A stretch of DNA of 64,000 nucleotides from an uncultured Gemmatimonadales bacterium (GTDB lineage Bacteria; Gemmatimonadota; Gemmatimonadetes; Longimicrobiales; Gaopeijiaceae). The stretch covers positions 1,056,001 to 1,120,000 of the forward strand of contig CAWELD010000010.1 in NCBI GenBank assembly GCA_963809895.1. Reading direction: 5' to 3'. This document shows, piece by piece, positions 1 to 8,901 of the stretch (position 1 is the first letter of the stretch; each line of letters begins with the position of its first letter). The notes beneath the pieces were generated by a model. That model saw only the letters and a program-made list of their open reading frames with translations, did no database searches and had not been told where the DNA came from. The translations under genes and the position numbers were made by a program.

Positions 1-1662
1 CCGGAGGGTTGGAGCGCCGAGTTCGCGATCCCCTGGCGCAGCCTCCGTTATCCCGGAGGCGGGCAGGACGGTGTGTGGGGATTCAACGTCTACCGCATGA
101 TCCAGCGAAAGAAGGAGGAGGTGCTGTGGCGCGGCTGGGAGCGCGAAGGGGGCGGCTTCCAGCGGGTCAGCCAGGCCGGCCACCTGGCGGGGCTCCACGA
201 CCTGCCGCGGCCGGGGCTCAACGTCGAGGTCAAGCCGTTCGCGCTGGCCGAGACCACCCGGGCGCGTAGCGAAGTCGGGGACTACTCCAACGACAACCAG
301 TTCGATGTGGGTCTGGACGTGAAGAGCGAGCTCCGGCCGGGGCTGGTCATGGACCTCACGGCCAATACCGACTTCGCGCAGGTCGAGGTGGACGATCAAC
401 AGGTCAACCTGACGCGCTTCAACCTCTTCTTTCCCGAGAAGCGGGACTTCTTCCTGGAGAACGCCGGCATCTTCCAGTTCGGCCAGCCCGGCTTCATGGA
501 GACCCCGCCCTACCTCATGTTCTTCAGCCGGCGCATCGGCATCGGCCCGGAGGGCGAGGTGCCGATCCTCGGCGGGGGTCGGGTCACCGGGCGCGTGGGC
601 GGTCAGACCGTGGGCGCCATGATGGTGGCCACCGACGATGCGTCGGGGCGGGACAAGGAGCTCTTCAGCGTGGCCCGCATCAAGCGCGACGTGGGCGAGA
701 GCGACTACCTCGGTGCCATGCTCACCGACCGTCGCGGTGACGGTCCCGGCAATACCGTCGTGGGGTTGGACGGGCAATTCCACCTGCATCCGACGCTGAC
801 CCTGGCGGGCTTCATGGCCCGAAGCTTCACCGCGGGTGAGGGGGGTGACGGGCTGGCGTACCAGGGTTCACTGGACCTGACCACCGACCTTTGGGGCGGA
901 TACGCCCAGTTCTTTCGGGTGGACCCCGAGGCCGTGGCACGCTCCGGCTTCATCACCCGCACCGACATCCAGCGGAGCCAGCTCTTCCTGCGTCGGCGGC
1001 TCAGGCCTGCTGGACTCGGCCTGCGGCTGGTGGACTTCCGGCTGAGCGGATCCTACCAGAGTCACACCGACGGCCGCTTCCAGGACTACAGCCTCGGAGC
1101 CACCGCGGCCCCCACCTGGAACGCCGGCGACAACGTCTCGTTGGCCTACACCGCGGGTGAGACGCGCGTGGACGATCCCTTTCCCCTGGCCGACTCCCTG
1201 CCCGTGCCCGCGGGACGCTACGCCACGGACAACTGGTCGGCGTCGGCGAGCTCCAGCAGCGCCCGCCCCTGGGTGGTGAGCGGGAACTTGCGTGGTGCCG
1301 ACTTCTACGGCGGCGATCTCCTGGCCTGGGGCGGGAGCCTCTCGGTCACCCCCACGCCCTCGCTATCACTCACCGGGAGCTTCAGCCGGAACGACGTCTC
1401 CATTCCGTCGGGGTCGTTCACCGCCGACATCGTGACGCTGCGAGGGATCTGGGCGCTGTCCACCCGGGTGACCACGAACGCGCTGGTCCAGTACAACCGT
1501 CTGACGGAAGATCTGATCACCAACGTCCGCTTCAACTTCATTCACCGGCCCGGAAGCGACCTCTACGTGGTCTTCACCGAGGCGCGGGGCGTGGAGGGCG
1601 ATCTCTGGACGCTGGGGGATCGCGGGCTGGTGGTGAAGCTGACCTGGCTGCAGCGCTTCTGA
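1..1662 (+). CDS. DUF5916 / CBM9-like outer-membrane-associated protein, 5' truncated by window edge
   Basis: Frame open from base 1 (GWSAEFAIPWRSLRY..WGFN); NTDFAQVEVDDQQVNLTRFNLFFPEKRDFFLE and FFSRRIG motifs; C-terminal Phe. Confidence 0.8.
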   Translation, partial: PEGWSAEFAIPWRSLRYPGGGQDGVWGFNVYRMIQRKKEEVLWRGWEREGGGFQRVSQAGHLAGLHDLPRPGLNVEVKPFALAETTRARSEVGDYSNDNQFDVGLDVKSELRPGLVMDLTANTDFAQVEVDDQQVNLTRFNLFFPEKRDFFLENAGIFQFGQPGFMETPPYLMFFSRRIGIGPEGEVPILGGGRVTGRVGGQTVGAMMVATDDASGRDKELFSVARIKRDVGESDYLGAMLTDRRGDGPGNTVVGLDGQFHLHPTLTLAGFMARSFTAGEGGDGLAYQGSLDLTTDLWGGYAQFFRVDPEAVARSGFITRTDIQRSQLFLRRRLRPAGLGLRLVDFRLSGSYQSHTDGRFQDYSLGATAAPTWNAGDNVSLAYTAGETRVDDPFPLADSLPVPAGRYATDNWSASASSSSARPWVVSGNLRGADFYGGDLLAWGGSLSVTPTPSLSLTGSFSRNDVSIPSGSFTADIVTLRGIWALSTRVTTNALVQYNRLTEDLITNVRFNFIHRPGSDLYVVFTEARGVEGDLWTLGDRGLVVKLTWLQRF

Positions 1663-1674
1663 GCCCGCCGGGTT

Positions 1675-1866
1675 TCAGCCGACGCGCCCGTCTCCGTCCA
1701 GGTCCTCGCCGAACCGCGTCTCCAGGGCCTTCAACAACTGCATCAGGGCCTGATTCGTGCGCGTCAGCTCGTCCTCGAGCTCGGCCACACGGTATTCGAG
1801 TGACGCGGCGCGGTCTCGTGTCTCGTTGATCTGTCCGTGTTGGATCAGGTCCCAGATCAGGCCCAT
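1675..1866 (-). CDS. Small hypothetical coiled-coil protein (63 aa)
   Basis: ATG with GGAGG RBS; LEYRVAELEDEL heptads; C-terminal DLDGDG. Confidence 0.65.
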   Translation of the reverse strand: MGLIWDLIQHGQINETRDRAASLEYRVAELEDELTRTNQALMQLLKALETRFGEDLDGDGRVG

Positions 1867-1969
1867 GGCTCGCCTCCGGTGGGGAAGGTTCGTAATACGA
1901 TCGGTCGTGCACTTCCGGTACGGGCGTCGCGCCTGGATTCATCGGTGGTGCGACTGCCCCGGCGCTTCC

Positions 1970-2344
1970 TCACAGCTGGGCGATGGCCATGCGCACCGGC
2001 TCCGCGCTGCGCACCGTGGTGGCGTGGCCCCGACCGGTGACGTCCTCCAGGAAGAGCACGTCACCACGACGGAAGGTGCGCACTTCACCGTCGCTCACCT
2101 GGATCTCGATCTCTCCGGACAGGAAGGCCACCCACTGACGGGTCGGTGTGGGATGCCAGTCGCCGAACCAGCCCCCCGGGGCCGTGACGAACGCGAAGCG
2201 CGAGACAGGCGTGAAGACGGACAGGTGGAGGGGGGGCGCTGGAGGTGCGAACACCGAGGGCTCGAGGAGCGAGTCCACCTCCTGGAAGTGCGACTCGCCT
2301 GCGGCGTCGGCGAACACGCGCAGGTAGCTGGCGATCTCTGCCAT
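1970..2344 (-). CDS. Cupin-domain protein
   Basis: ADAAGESHF..DWHPTPTRQW..GEIEIQVSDGEVRTF..EDVTGRGH motif set; start re-assigned to ATG 2344. Confidence 0.8.
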   Translation of the reverse strand: MAEIASYLRVFADAAGESHFQEVDSLLEPSVFAPPAPPLHLSVFTPVSRFAFVTAPGGWFGDWHPTPTRQWVAFLSGEIEIQVSDGEVRTFRRGDVLFLEDVTGRGHATTVRSAEPVRMAIAQL

Positions 2345-2561
2345 TCCATCTCCGTGCGGGAAGGTATCGGGAGCGGGCGCTGACGAAACCGCGCATCCTG
2401 CCTCAGCGCCTGGAAATACGGCCTCGCAGCCGGCTATGGAAGGGGTGAGCGTCGGGAAGTCCCCCACAGTCGTCCACGAAGCGCTCCCCGCAGCATCGCC
2501 GGGGGCTCCTGGGGAGATTTGAAGCGTCGGGACCTGTGGACCCTGACTTCGAGACGATTTC

Positions 2562-4247
2562 ATGACCGTGGGACTTCCCGCGGTGGAGCATAGACCGGGC
2601 CTCTTCCTGGGTGACGAGGCCGTCGCCCTGGGCGCGCTGCACGCGGGCATCTCCGCCGCCTACGCATATCCTGGCACACCATCCACCGAGATCTTCGAGT
2701 TCCTGTCGGCCGCCGCCAGGCACGACTCGAAGGTTGCCGCGCACTGGTGCGCCAACGAGAAGACCGCCCTGGAGCAGGCGCTGGGCGTGTCCATGATGAA
2801 CCGGCGGGTCCTCGTGTCCATGAAGCACGTGGGCCTGAACGTGGCCATGGATCCGTTCGTAAACGCCGCCCTCGTGGGAATCCGCGGCGGTCTGGTCCTG
2901 GCCGTGGCCGACGACCCGGGCATGCATTCATCGCAGAACGAGCAGGACAGCCGGATCCTGGCGGACTTCGCCCGCATTCCGATCCTGGAGCCCGCCGACC
3001 AGCAGGAGGCCTACGACATGACACGGGAGGCCTTCGAGCTGTCGGAGCGCTTCCAGGTGCCCGTGCTCGTTCGACTGGTCACCCGCCTCTGCCACAGCCG
3101 GGCCGCCCTCGAGACGGCTGCGCCCGCCCAGCAGCGACCTGCGGGCAAGGCGTCGGATCCTTCGGACTGGATCCTGCTGCCCGCGAACGCGCGCCGGCTG
3201 TGGAGGAACCACCTGGAGAAGCAGGAGGACCTTCTGGCGTGGTCGGAGGCCAGTGGCCACAACCGCGTCGAGCACGGCGGGGGCGAGGAGCTCGTCCCGC
3301 TCGGGGTGGTGACCACGGGGATCGCCCGGGGCTACCTCCTGGAGAACCTGTCCGACCTGACGGATCCGTACCTGCACCTCCACGTGGGCGCGTATCCGCT
3401 GCCGGTGGAGCGCATCCGGTCGTTCGCGGGCAGGGTCGAGCGCATCCTGGTGCTGGAGGAGGGATACCCGCACCTCGAGCGCCTGCTGCGCGGAATCCTG
3501 CCGACGACGGCGGAGGTGCGTGGACGCATGTCCGGTCATCTGCCCGCCGACGGCGAGCTGACGCCCGACACCGTGCGCCTGGGTCTGGGACTGGAGCCGA
3601 GGCCGGCCCAGAGCTACGGCGGCCCGGGGATTCCCGCACGTCCGCCCCAGCTCTGCCAGGGCTGTCCTCACCGGGACTCCTACGGCGCGGTGCTGGAAGC
3701 CATCCAGGACTTCGAGACCCCCGTGGTGACCGGCGACATCGGATGCTACACGCTGGGGGCGCTGTCGCCGTTCCGCGCCATCGAGTCGTGTGTGTGCATG
3801 GGTGCCAGCATCGGCATGGCCAAGGGCGTGTCCGATGCCGGTGTTCGTCCCGTGCTGGCCGTGATCGGCGATTCCACCTTCCTGCATTCGGGGGTCACCG
3901 CCCTCATGGACGCCGCGGCCCGCGACACCGATATGACCGTCCTCATCCTGGACAACGAGACGGTGGGCATGACGGGCCAGCAGGACACGGTGCTCCCGGA
4001 TTCCCGGATTCTCCCCATCGTGCTGGCGTTGGGAGTGGATCCCGCCCACGTGCACCAGGCCGAGGCCCATCCGCGCAAGACACAGGAGATGGCGGCCCTG
4101 CTCCGGAGAGAGATGGACCACCCGGGGCTGTCCGTGATCGTCGGCGTACGGGAGTGCATCGTCGCCGCACGCAAGCGCAAGGCCGAGATGAAACGCGCCG
4201 TCGACCAGCTCGTCGGCGCCGGCACAGCCAAGGAGAAAGAGCGTTGA
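2562..4247 (+). CDS. iorA: Indolepyruvate:ferredoxin oxidoreductase alpha subunit (no C-terminal ferredoxin domain)
   Basis: YAYPGTPSTEI, NEKTALE, MKHVGLNVA, SSQNEQD, LCQGCPH, GDIGCY, GDSTFLHSG (TPP) motifs. Confidence 0.92.
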   Translation: MTVGLPAVEHRPGLFLGDEAVALGALHAGISAAYAYPGTPSTEIFEFLSAAARHDSKVAAHWCANEKTALEQALGVSMMNRRVLVSMKHVGLNVAMDPFVNAALVGIRGGLVLAVADDPGMHSSQNEQDSRILADFARIPILEPADQQEAYDMTREAFELSERFQVPVLVRLVTRLCHSRAALETAAPAQQRPAGKASDPSDWILLPANARRLWRNHLEKQEDLLAWSEASGHNRVEHGGGEELVPLGVVTTGIARGYLLENLSDLTDPYLHLHVGAYPLPVERIRSFAGRVERILVLEEGYPHLERLLRGILPTTAEVRGRMSGHLPADGELTPDTVRLGLGLEPRPAQSYGGPGIPARPPQLCQGCPHRDSYGAVLEAIQDFETPVVTGDIGCYTLGALSPFRAIESCVCMGASIGMAKGVSDAGVRPVLAVIGDSTFLHSGVTALMDAAARDTDMTVLILDNETVGMTGQQDTVLPDSRILPIVLALGVDPAHVHQAEAHPRKTQEMAALLRREMDHPGLSVIVGVRECIVAARKRKAEMKRAVDQLVGAGTAKEKER

Positions 4248-4834
4248 AGACCGATGTGATCCTCGCCGGGGTGGGCGGCCAGGGCGTGTTGTCCGCCGCG
4301 GCCATCCTGGCCGAGACCGGGCTCCGTCAGGGGCTCCACGTGCGCCAGGGTGAGCTGCACGGCATGGCCCAGCGCGGCGGCGCCGTGCAGGCCTCGCTTC
4401 GCCTCTCGGACGAGGGCATTCCCAGCGACCTGGTGCCCCGGGGCGCCGCGACGCTGCTCCTGAGCATGGAGCCCCTGGAGGCGCTGCGATACGTGGATTG
4501 GCTGGCTCCCGACGGCGTTGTGCTGGCCGCGGCGGAGGCCTTCGAGAACATCCCGGACTATCCGTCGCTGGACGACGTGCACGCGCGCATCCGGACGCTT
4601 CCCGACGCCAGACTGGTCGAGGCGGGGCGGTTGGCGCGGGAGGCAGGCAACGCGCGTTCGGCGAACGTGGCCATGATCGGCGCCGCCATGCCCTTCCTGC
4701 CGCTGGACCCGACGCTGCTCCAGCGGGTGATCCGTGAGGCCTTCGCCGGCCGCGGTCCTCGGGTCGTGGAGGCGAACGTGGCCGCGTTCCTGGCCGGCAT
4801 GGACGCCGTGGCACCCGCGGCCGCGGTGGTGTGA
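4244..4834 (+). CDS. iorB: Indolepyruvate oxidoreductase beta subunit
   Basis: TTG start overlapping iorA stop; GVGGQG, ELHGMAQRGGAV, EPLEALR motifs. Confidence 0.9.
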   Translation: MKTDVILAGVGGQGVLSAAAILAETGLRQGLHVRQGELHGMAQRGGAVQASLRLSDEGIPSDLVPRGAATLLLSMEPLEALRYVDWLAPDGVVLAAAEAFENIPDYPSLDDVHARIRTLPDARLVEAGRLAREAGNARSANVAMIGAAMPFLPLDPTLLQRVIREAFAGRGPRVVEANVAAFLAGMDAVAPAAAVV

Positions 4835-4835
4835 C

Positions 4836-7067
4836 ATGGCCGACGGCACGCTGATGGCGGCGCCGTCCGGCTCCCACATCGGGCCCACCGAGCTGATCGA
4901 ACGGGTCCGCGCACAGGGTCGGGCCGTCCTGGTCGAGGACGAAGCGCTCCTGCTGGCTGCCGGCCTGGGCCTGCGGACCCCGCGTCATCGGTCGGTGGTC
5001 GACGCCGCCGAGGCCCGGAGCCTGGAGCTCGCGAGCTTTCCCGGTAGCCACGTGGTCGTGAAGGTCCTGTCACCCCGCGTGCTCCACCGCAGCGACGTGG
5101 GAGCTGTACGGGTGGTGCCTCGTTGGGCCGACGAGGTCGCGTCGGCGGTGGCCGATCTGGAGCGCACCTTCGGCGGCGACGACGTGCGCTATCTCGTCGA
5201 GGAGCGGGTGGTGCGTGAAGCCCGTCCCGGAGACGAGCTTCTCCTGGGCATGCGCGTCACGCGGGAATTCGGACCCGTGGTCACCGTCGCTCCCGGAGGC
5301 CTGTTGGCCGAGACGCTCGCTCCGGCGCTGCGTCCCGACCAGGGGCCCGTCGTGTGGGCTCCGGACCTCGATCTGGAAGGCGCGCTCCGGCGCGAGCTGT
5401 CGAGGCGCCACTTCCTGGCGCCGGCGGTGGAGGGAGTCCGGGGACAGCCGCCGTTGCTCGGTCTGGACGCACTCGAGGCACTCGTGCGTCGCTTCGGCCA
5501 CCTCGCGCGGGAGCTGATGGCTGCGGGCGTGGGCGAGCTGGAGTTCAATCCCGTGCTCCTCACGCCCGAGGGTCCGTGGGCCGTGGACGGACTGGGGCGG
5601 CTCGGTGAGCCGGGAATTCTCGAGGAGGCTCGCCCGCCGCGGCCCGGGGCCGCAATCGGCGCCCTGCTGCGTCCGCGCTCCATCGCAGTCATGGGGGTCT
5701 CGGAGCGCATGAATCCGGGCCGCGTGATCCTGCGCAACATTCTCGAGGCCGGGTTCGACGCCGGGGCCGTGACCGTGGTGAAGCCGGGGGTCCGGGAGCT
5801 CGACGGCTGCCGATGCGTGGCCACGCTCTCGGACCTCCCGGAGCCTGTCGACCTCCTGGTGGTGAGCCTTGCCGCGGAGCAGGTGCCTCCGGTCCTGGAG
5901 GAGGTCACCGTCCGGGATCTCGCTGCCGCCGTCATCCTGGTCGCCGGCGGCATGGACGTGGACGGCCCCGGCGGCTCCCCGGCCCGGCAGGTCCGCCAGA
6001 TCCTCGACCGGGCACGGGCCAGCGGCGGAGGACCCGTGGTCAACGGTCCCAACTGCCTGGGCATTCGCTCGGTTCCGGGCGGCTACGACACGCTCTTCAT
6101 TCCGCGCCACAAGCTGCGCGTGTCGGACGGGGCGCCGGCGCCTGTCGCGGTGCTCAGCCAGAGCGGGGCGTTCGCCATCGCTCGCATGAGCCGTCTCCGC
6201 AACCTCAATCCGCGCTATGTCGTCACCCTCGGCAACCAGCTGGACCTGACGCTGGCCGACTATCTGGATCACCTCCTGGAGGATCCCGCGGTGGCTGTGG
6301 CCGCCTGCTACGTGGAGGGCTTCGTGCCCGGCGACGGCCGGGCGTTCCTGGCCTCGGCGAGACGGTGGTCGGAGGCCGGACGCCGCGTGCTCCTGTACCG
6401 GGCGGGCCGCAGCGAGGCCGGAGCCCGTGCGGCCGCGTCGCATACCGCCTCGGTGGCCGGGGACTACGCGGTGACCCGGGAGCTCTCCGGACTGGCAGGT
6501 GTCGAGGTCGCCCAGGACATCGAGGAATTCCAGGAACGCATGGCCGTCCTGGCCGCGTGGGCAGGGCGCGGGCCCGGGGGTCACCGGTTGGGCGTCGTCT
6601 CCAACGCCGGCTTCGAATGTGTGGCCATGGCCGACACCCTCGGCGGGCGCGAGCTGGCCGATCTGGCTCCCGCCACCCGGAGTGCGCTCGCGGACCTGCT
6701 GGCGGAAGCGCGCCTCGAGGAGATCGTGGGCGTCGCCAATCCCCTGGACGTCACGCCCATCATGAGTGACGCGGGCTTCGTGGAAGCCGCGCGCCTCGTG
6801 CTGGCCGATCCCGGTGTGGACGTGGGCCTGGTCGGTTGCGTGCCCCTGACGCCGGCCTTGCAGACGCTGGCGGCGTCCGGAGAGCACGCGGAGGACCATG
6901 TCGCCGCCGACTCGGTGGTCTCGGGGCTCGTCCGGTTGTGGAACGAGACGAGCAAGCCCTGGGCGGTGGTGGTGGACTCGGGGCCGGACTACGAGCCCAT
7001 GCGTCAAGCGCTGGAGCGGGCGGGAATCCCCGTACTCCGGAGCGCCAACGCGGCGCACCTCGGCTAA
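4836..7067 (+). CDS. ADP-forming acyl-CoA (acetate-CoA) ligase family protein, ATP-grasp domain N-terminal
   Basis: VVKVLSPRVLHRSDVGAV and ELEFNPV (ATP-grasp); PRSIAVMG, GPNCLG, SQSG, ASHTASVAG, NPLDVT. Confidence 0.88.
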   Translation: MADGTLMAAPSGSHIGPTELIERVRAQGRAVLVEDEALLLAAGLGLRTPRHRSVVDAAEARSLELASFPGSHVVVKVLSPRVLHRSDVGAVRVVPRWADEVASAVADLERTFGGDDVRYLVEERVVREARPGDELLLGMRVTREFGPVVTVAPGGLLAETLAPALRPDQGPVVWAPDLDLEGALRRELSRRHFLAPAVEGVRGQPPLLGLDALEALVRRFGHLARELMAAGVGELEFNPVLLTPEGPWAVDGLGRLGEPGILEEARPPRPGAAIGALLRPRSIAVMGVSERMNPGRVILRNILEAGFDAGAVTVVKPGVRELDGCRCVATLSDLPEPVDLLVVSLAAEQVPPVLEEVTVRDLAAAVILVAGGMDVDGPGGSPARQVRQILDRARASGGGPVVNGPNCLGIRSVPGGYDTLFIPRHKLRVSDGAPAPVAVLSQSGAFAIARMSRLRNLNPRYVVTLGNQLDLTLADYLDHLLEDPAVAVAACYVEGFVPGDGRAFLASARRWSEAGRRVLLYRAGRSEAGARAAASHTASVAGDYAVTRELSGLAGVEVAQDIEEFQERMAVLAAWAGRGPGGHRLGVVSNAGFECVAMADTLGGRELADLAPATRSALADLLAEARLEEIVGVANPLDVTPIMSDAGFVEAARLVLADPGVDVGLVGCVPLTPALQTLAASGEHAEDHVAADSVVSGLVRLWNETSKPWAVVVDSGPDYEPMRQALERAGIPVLRSANAAHLG

Positions 7068-7591
7068 CCGTTACGGTCTACGTCCGTCGCGATAATTCCC
7101 GCCATCTCTTCCCACAACGGATCACACAGACCGGGTCGCTGCACCGCGGCCTGGAAGTCGTCGTGCTCCCGACGGTACATGCGCAAGAGATCCGCTCGCT
7201 CCCGCGCGACGCACGCCCTCAGATTGGCCAACCGGTCGGCGGCCTTCACGACCAGCGCCAGGTGGTGGCGGTCGGGAGCCGCCGCCAGACGCACCAGGGT
7301 ACGCGCCTTGCGCTCACGTCGATTCCGGCCCGGGCGGTCCGTGACCAGATCGACGCAGGCGGCGACCCGTGCGCCGAATCCATCCTCCACCTCCTCCAAC
7401 GACGTCTCGGTATCCTCGACGATGTCGTGCAGGTACGCCACGACGCGTGCCCGGTCGCCGTACTCCTCGACGAGCCGCGCGACGTCGTCGAGGTGCGCCG
7501 TGTAGGGGAGGTCGCCGTACTGTTGGTTGGCGTGGCGCTCGGCGGCCAGCGCACGGGCGCGAGCCACAGCTCCGGGATCGAGGTCGTTCAT
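7064..7591 (-). CDS. Stand-alone HD-domain hydrolase (SpoT-HD / Mesh1-like)
   Basis: H..Q.Y..LPY..HL, YLHDIVED, VKAADRLANLR motifs. Confidence 0.8.
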   Translation of the reverse strand: MNDLDPGAVARARALAAERHANQQYGDLPYTAHLDDVARLVEEYGDRARVVAYLHDIVEDTETSLEEVEDGFGARVAACVDLVTDRPGRNRRERKARTLVRLAAAPDRHHLALVVKAADRLANLRACVARERADLLRMYRREHDDFQAAVQRPGLCDPLWEEMAGIIATDVDRNG

Positions 7592-7725
7592 CCGGGGTCC
7601 GTCCGAATTTCGTCGGTGACGTGGATGGGAATACTGTGGTCCCACACCGGGCCCGGGAACCCCCGCCCTCGCTCCCGGTATTGGACGGGTCCTGCGGTAG
7701 GACCGACTTCAGCGAGGAGACCTGT

Positions 7726-8313
7726 ATGAAGCGTGTCGTCACGCTCGGCCTGCTCGCGGGAGCGCTCACCCTGGGTCTGCCGGCTCCGTCGGCTGCCCAG
7801 GAGGGATCGGACTTCCTCCCCGTGGGCGAGATGGCCCCCGACATCCAGGTCGTGGGTGCCACCCGCTACGGAGTCCTGGAGGAGCCGCTCCACCTGAGCG
7901 ACTTTCGCGGCGAGACCGTGGTTCTGGCTTTCTTCTTCCGCGCCCGATCGCGTGGGTGAACGGTGCAAATGCAGGCGTACCGTGATCAGTACGCGAGTCT
8001 TTTCCACGATGGCCAGAACGTGGTTCTCCTGGGCATCTCCAATGATTCCCCCGCAGAGCTGGCGTCCTGGGCCGAGGACGCCGACTTCCAGTTCCTGTTC
8101 GGCAGCGACTCCGAGGGTGCGGCCTACGCCGCCTTCGGTGGAGATCCCCGCGACGATGGGATGGTGGGGAGCCGGGCCGTGATCGTCGTCGATCCGGATG
8201 GTCGCATCGCCGAGGTCATCCCGCAGTTCAACCAGGTGGATCCGGCGGCCTACGAGCAGCTCGGCGCCGCCATCGACCGGGTGACCCCCGAGCCGGCGGG
8301 CGAGGACCGGTAG
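7726..8313 (+). CDS. Exported peroxiredoxin-like (AhpC/TSA, BCP-type) selenoprotein; UGA 7957-7959 read as Sec
   Basis: Two same-frame ORFs separated only by TGA: LSDFRGETVVLAFFFRARSRG-U-TVQMQAYRD; U at the peroxidatic Cys position; LGISND and RAVIVVDPDG downstream; signal peptide; GAGGAG RBS. Confidence 0.88.
7957..7994 (+). promoter_or_regulatory. Candidate bacterial SECIS element
   Basis: TGA, then stem GCGTAC (7975-80) / GTACGC (7989-94) with G-containing loop CGTGATCA starting about 21 nt after the UGA. Confidence 0.7.
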
Positions 8314-8340
8314 AGGTCCGAGCCCACCGGTGCGGTCCAC

Positions 8341-8374
8341 CGAGGCCCGGCGCGGGAGACCGCGCCGGGCCTCG
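8341..8374. terminator. Perfect hairpin between convergent genes (possible bidirectional terminator)
   Basis: CGAGGCCCGGCGCGG-GAGA-CCGCGCCGGGCCTCG, 15-bp stem, GNRA loop, no U-tract. Confidence 0.6.
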
Positions 8375-8376
8375 TG

Positions 8377-8901
8377 TCATTGGGTGGCGAGCACCGCCCG
8401 CACCGCGCCCAGCAGATCCTGGTCGGCACCCACACCGGTGTAGGCTACACGTCCCTGGGCGTCGAGGATCACCACCACCGAGGTCGTGGGCGCCTTGAAG
8501 GCCCGCACCGCGTTGCCCTTGCCGTCCCACACGTAGGGATATCCCGGATCGTGATCCTCAACGTGGCGCCTGACCCGCCGCACCGACTGGGCGACGGCCA
8601 CGGCGACCGCCACGACGTTCATGCGGTCGCCGAATTCCGACTGGATCCGGTCCATCTGGGGCTGTAGTGCCTCGCACTTCTCGCACCAGGTGGCCCAGAA
8701 CTCCACCAGGGCCGGCTTACCCCGTGTGTAGTCCATCAGCTCCACCGCGTTGCCGTCCAGATCCTCGACAGACGCCGAGGGTGCCTGGGAGCCCAACGCC
8801 GGCCCCACCTCGCCGGAGGCCTGTGCACGCAGGGTTCCGGGCCCGGCGAGGGCCAGCAGAGCGATGAGGACGGAACCGCCGGATCGGAGTTGAGAGGTCA
8901 T
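8377..8901 (-). CDS. TlpA-family thiol:disulfide reductase, exported
   Basis: Signal peptide; VEFWATWCEKC; ILDAQGRV; ATG overlaps ccdA stop. Confidence 0.88.
   Translation of the reverse strand: MTSQLRSGGSVLIALLALAGPGTLRAQASGEVGPALGSQAPSASVEDLDGNAVELMDYTRGKPALVEFWATWCEKCEALQPQMDRIQSEFGDRMNVVAVAVAVAQSVRRVRRHVEDHDPGYPYVWDGKGNAVRAFKAPTTSVVVILDAQGRVAYTGVGADQDLLGAVRAVLATQ

Noticed and set aside
2928..7058. Long antisense and alternate-frame ORFs here and throughout (e.g. 53815-56508, 57278-59410)
   Set aside because: Shadow ORFs expected at high GC; they overlap motif-supported genes and have no motifs
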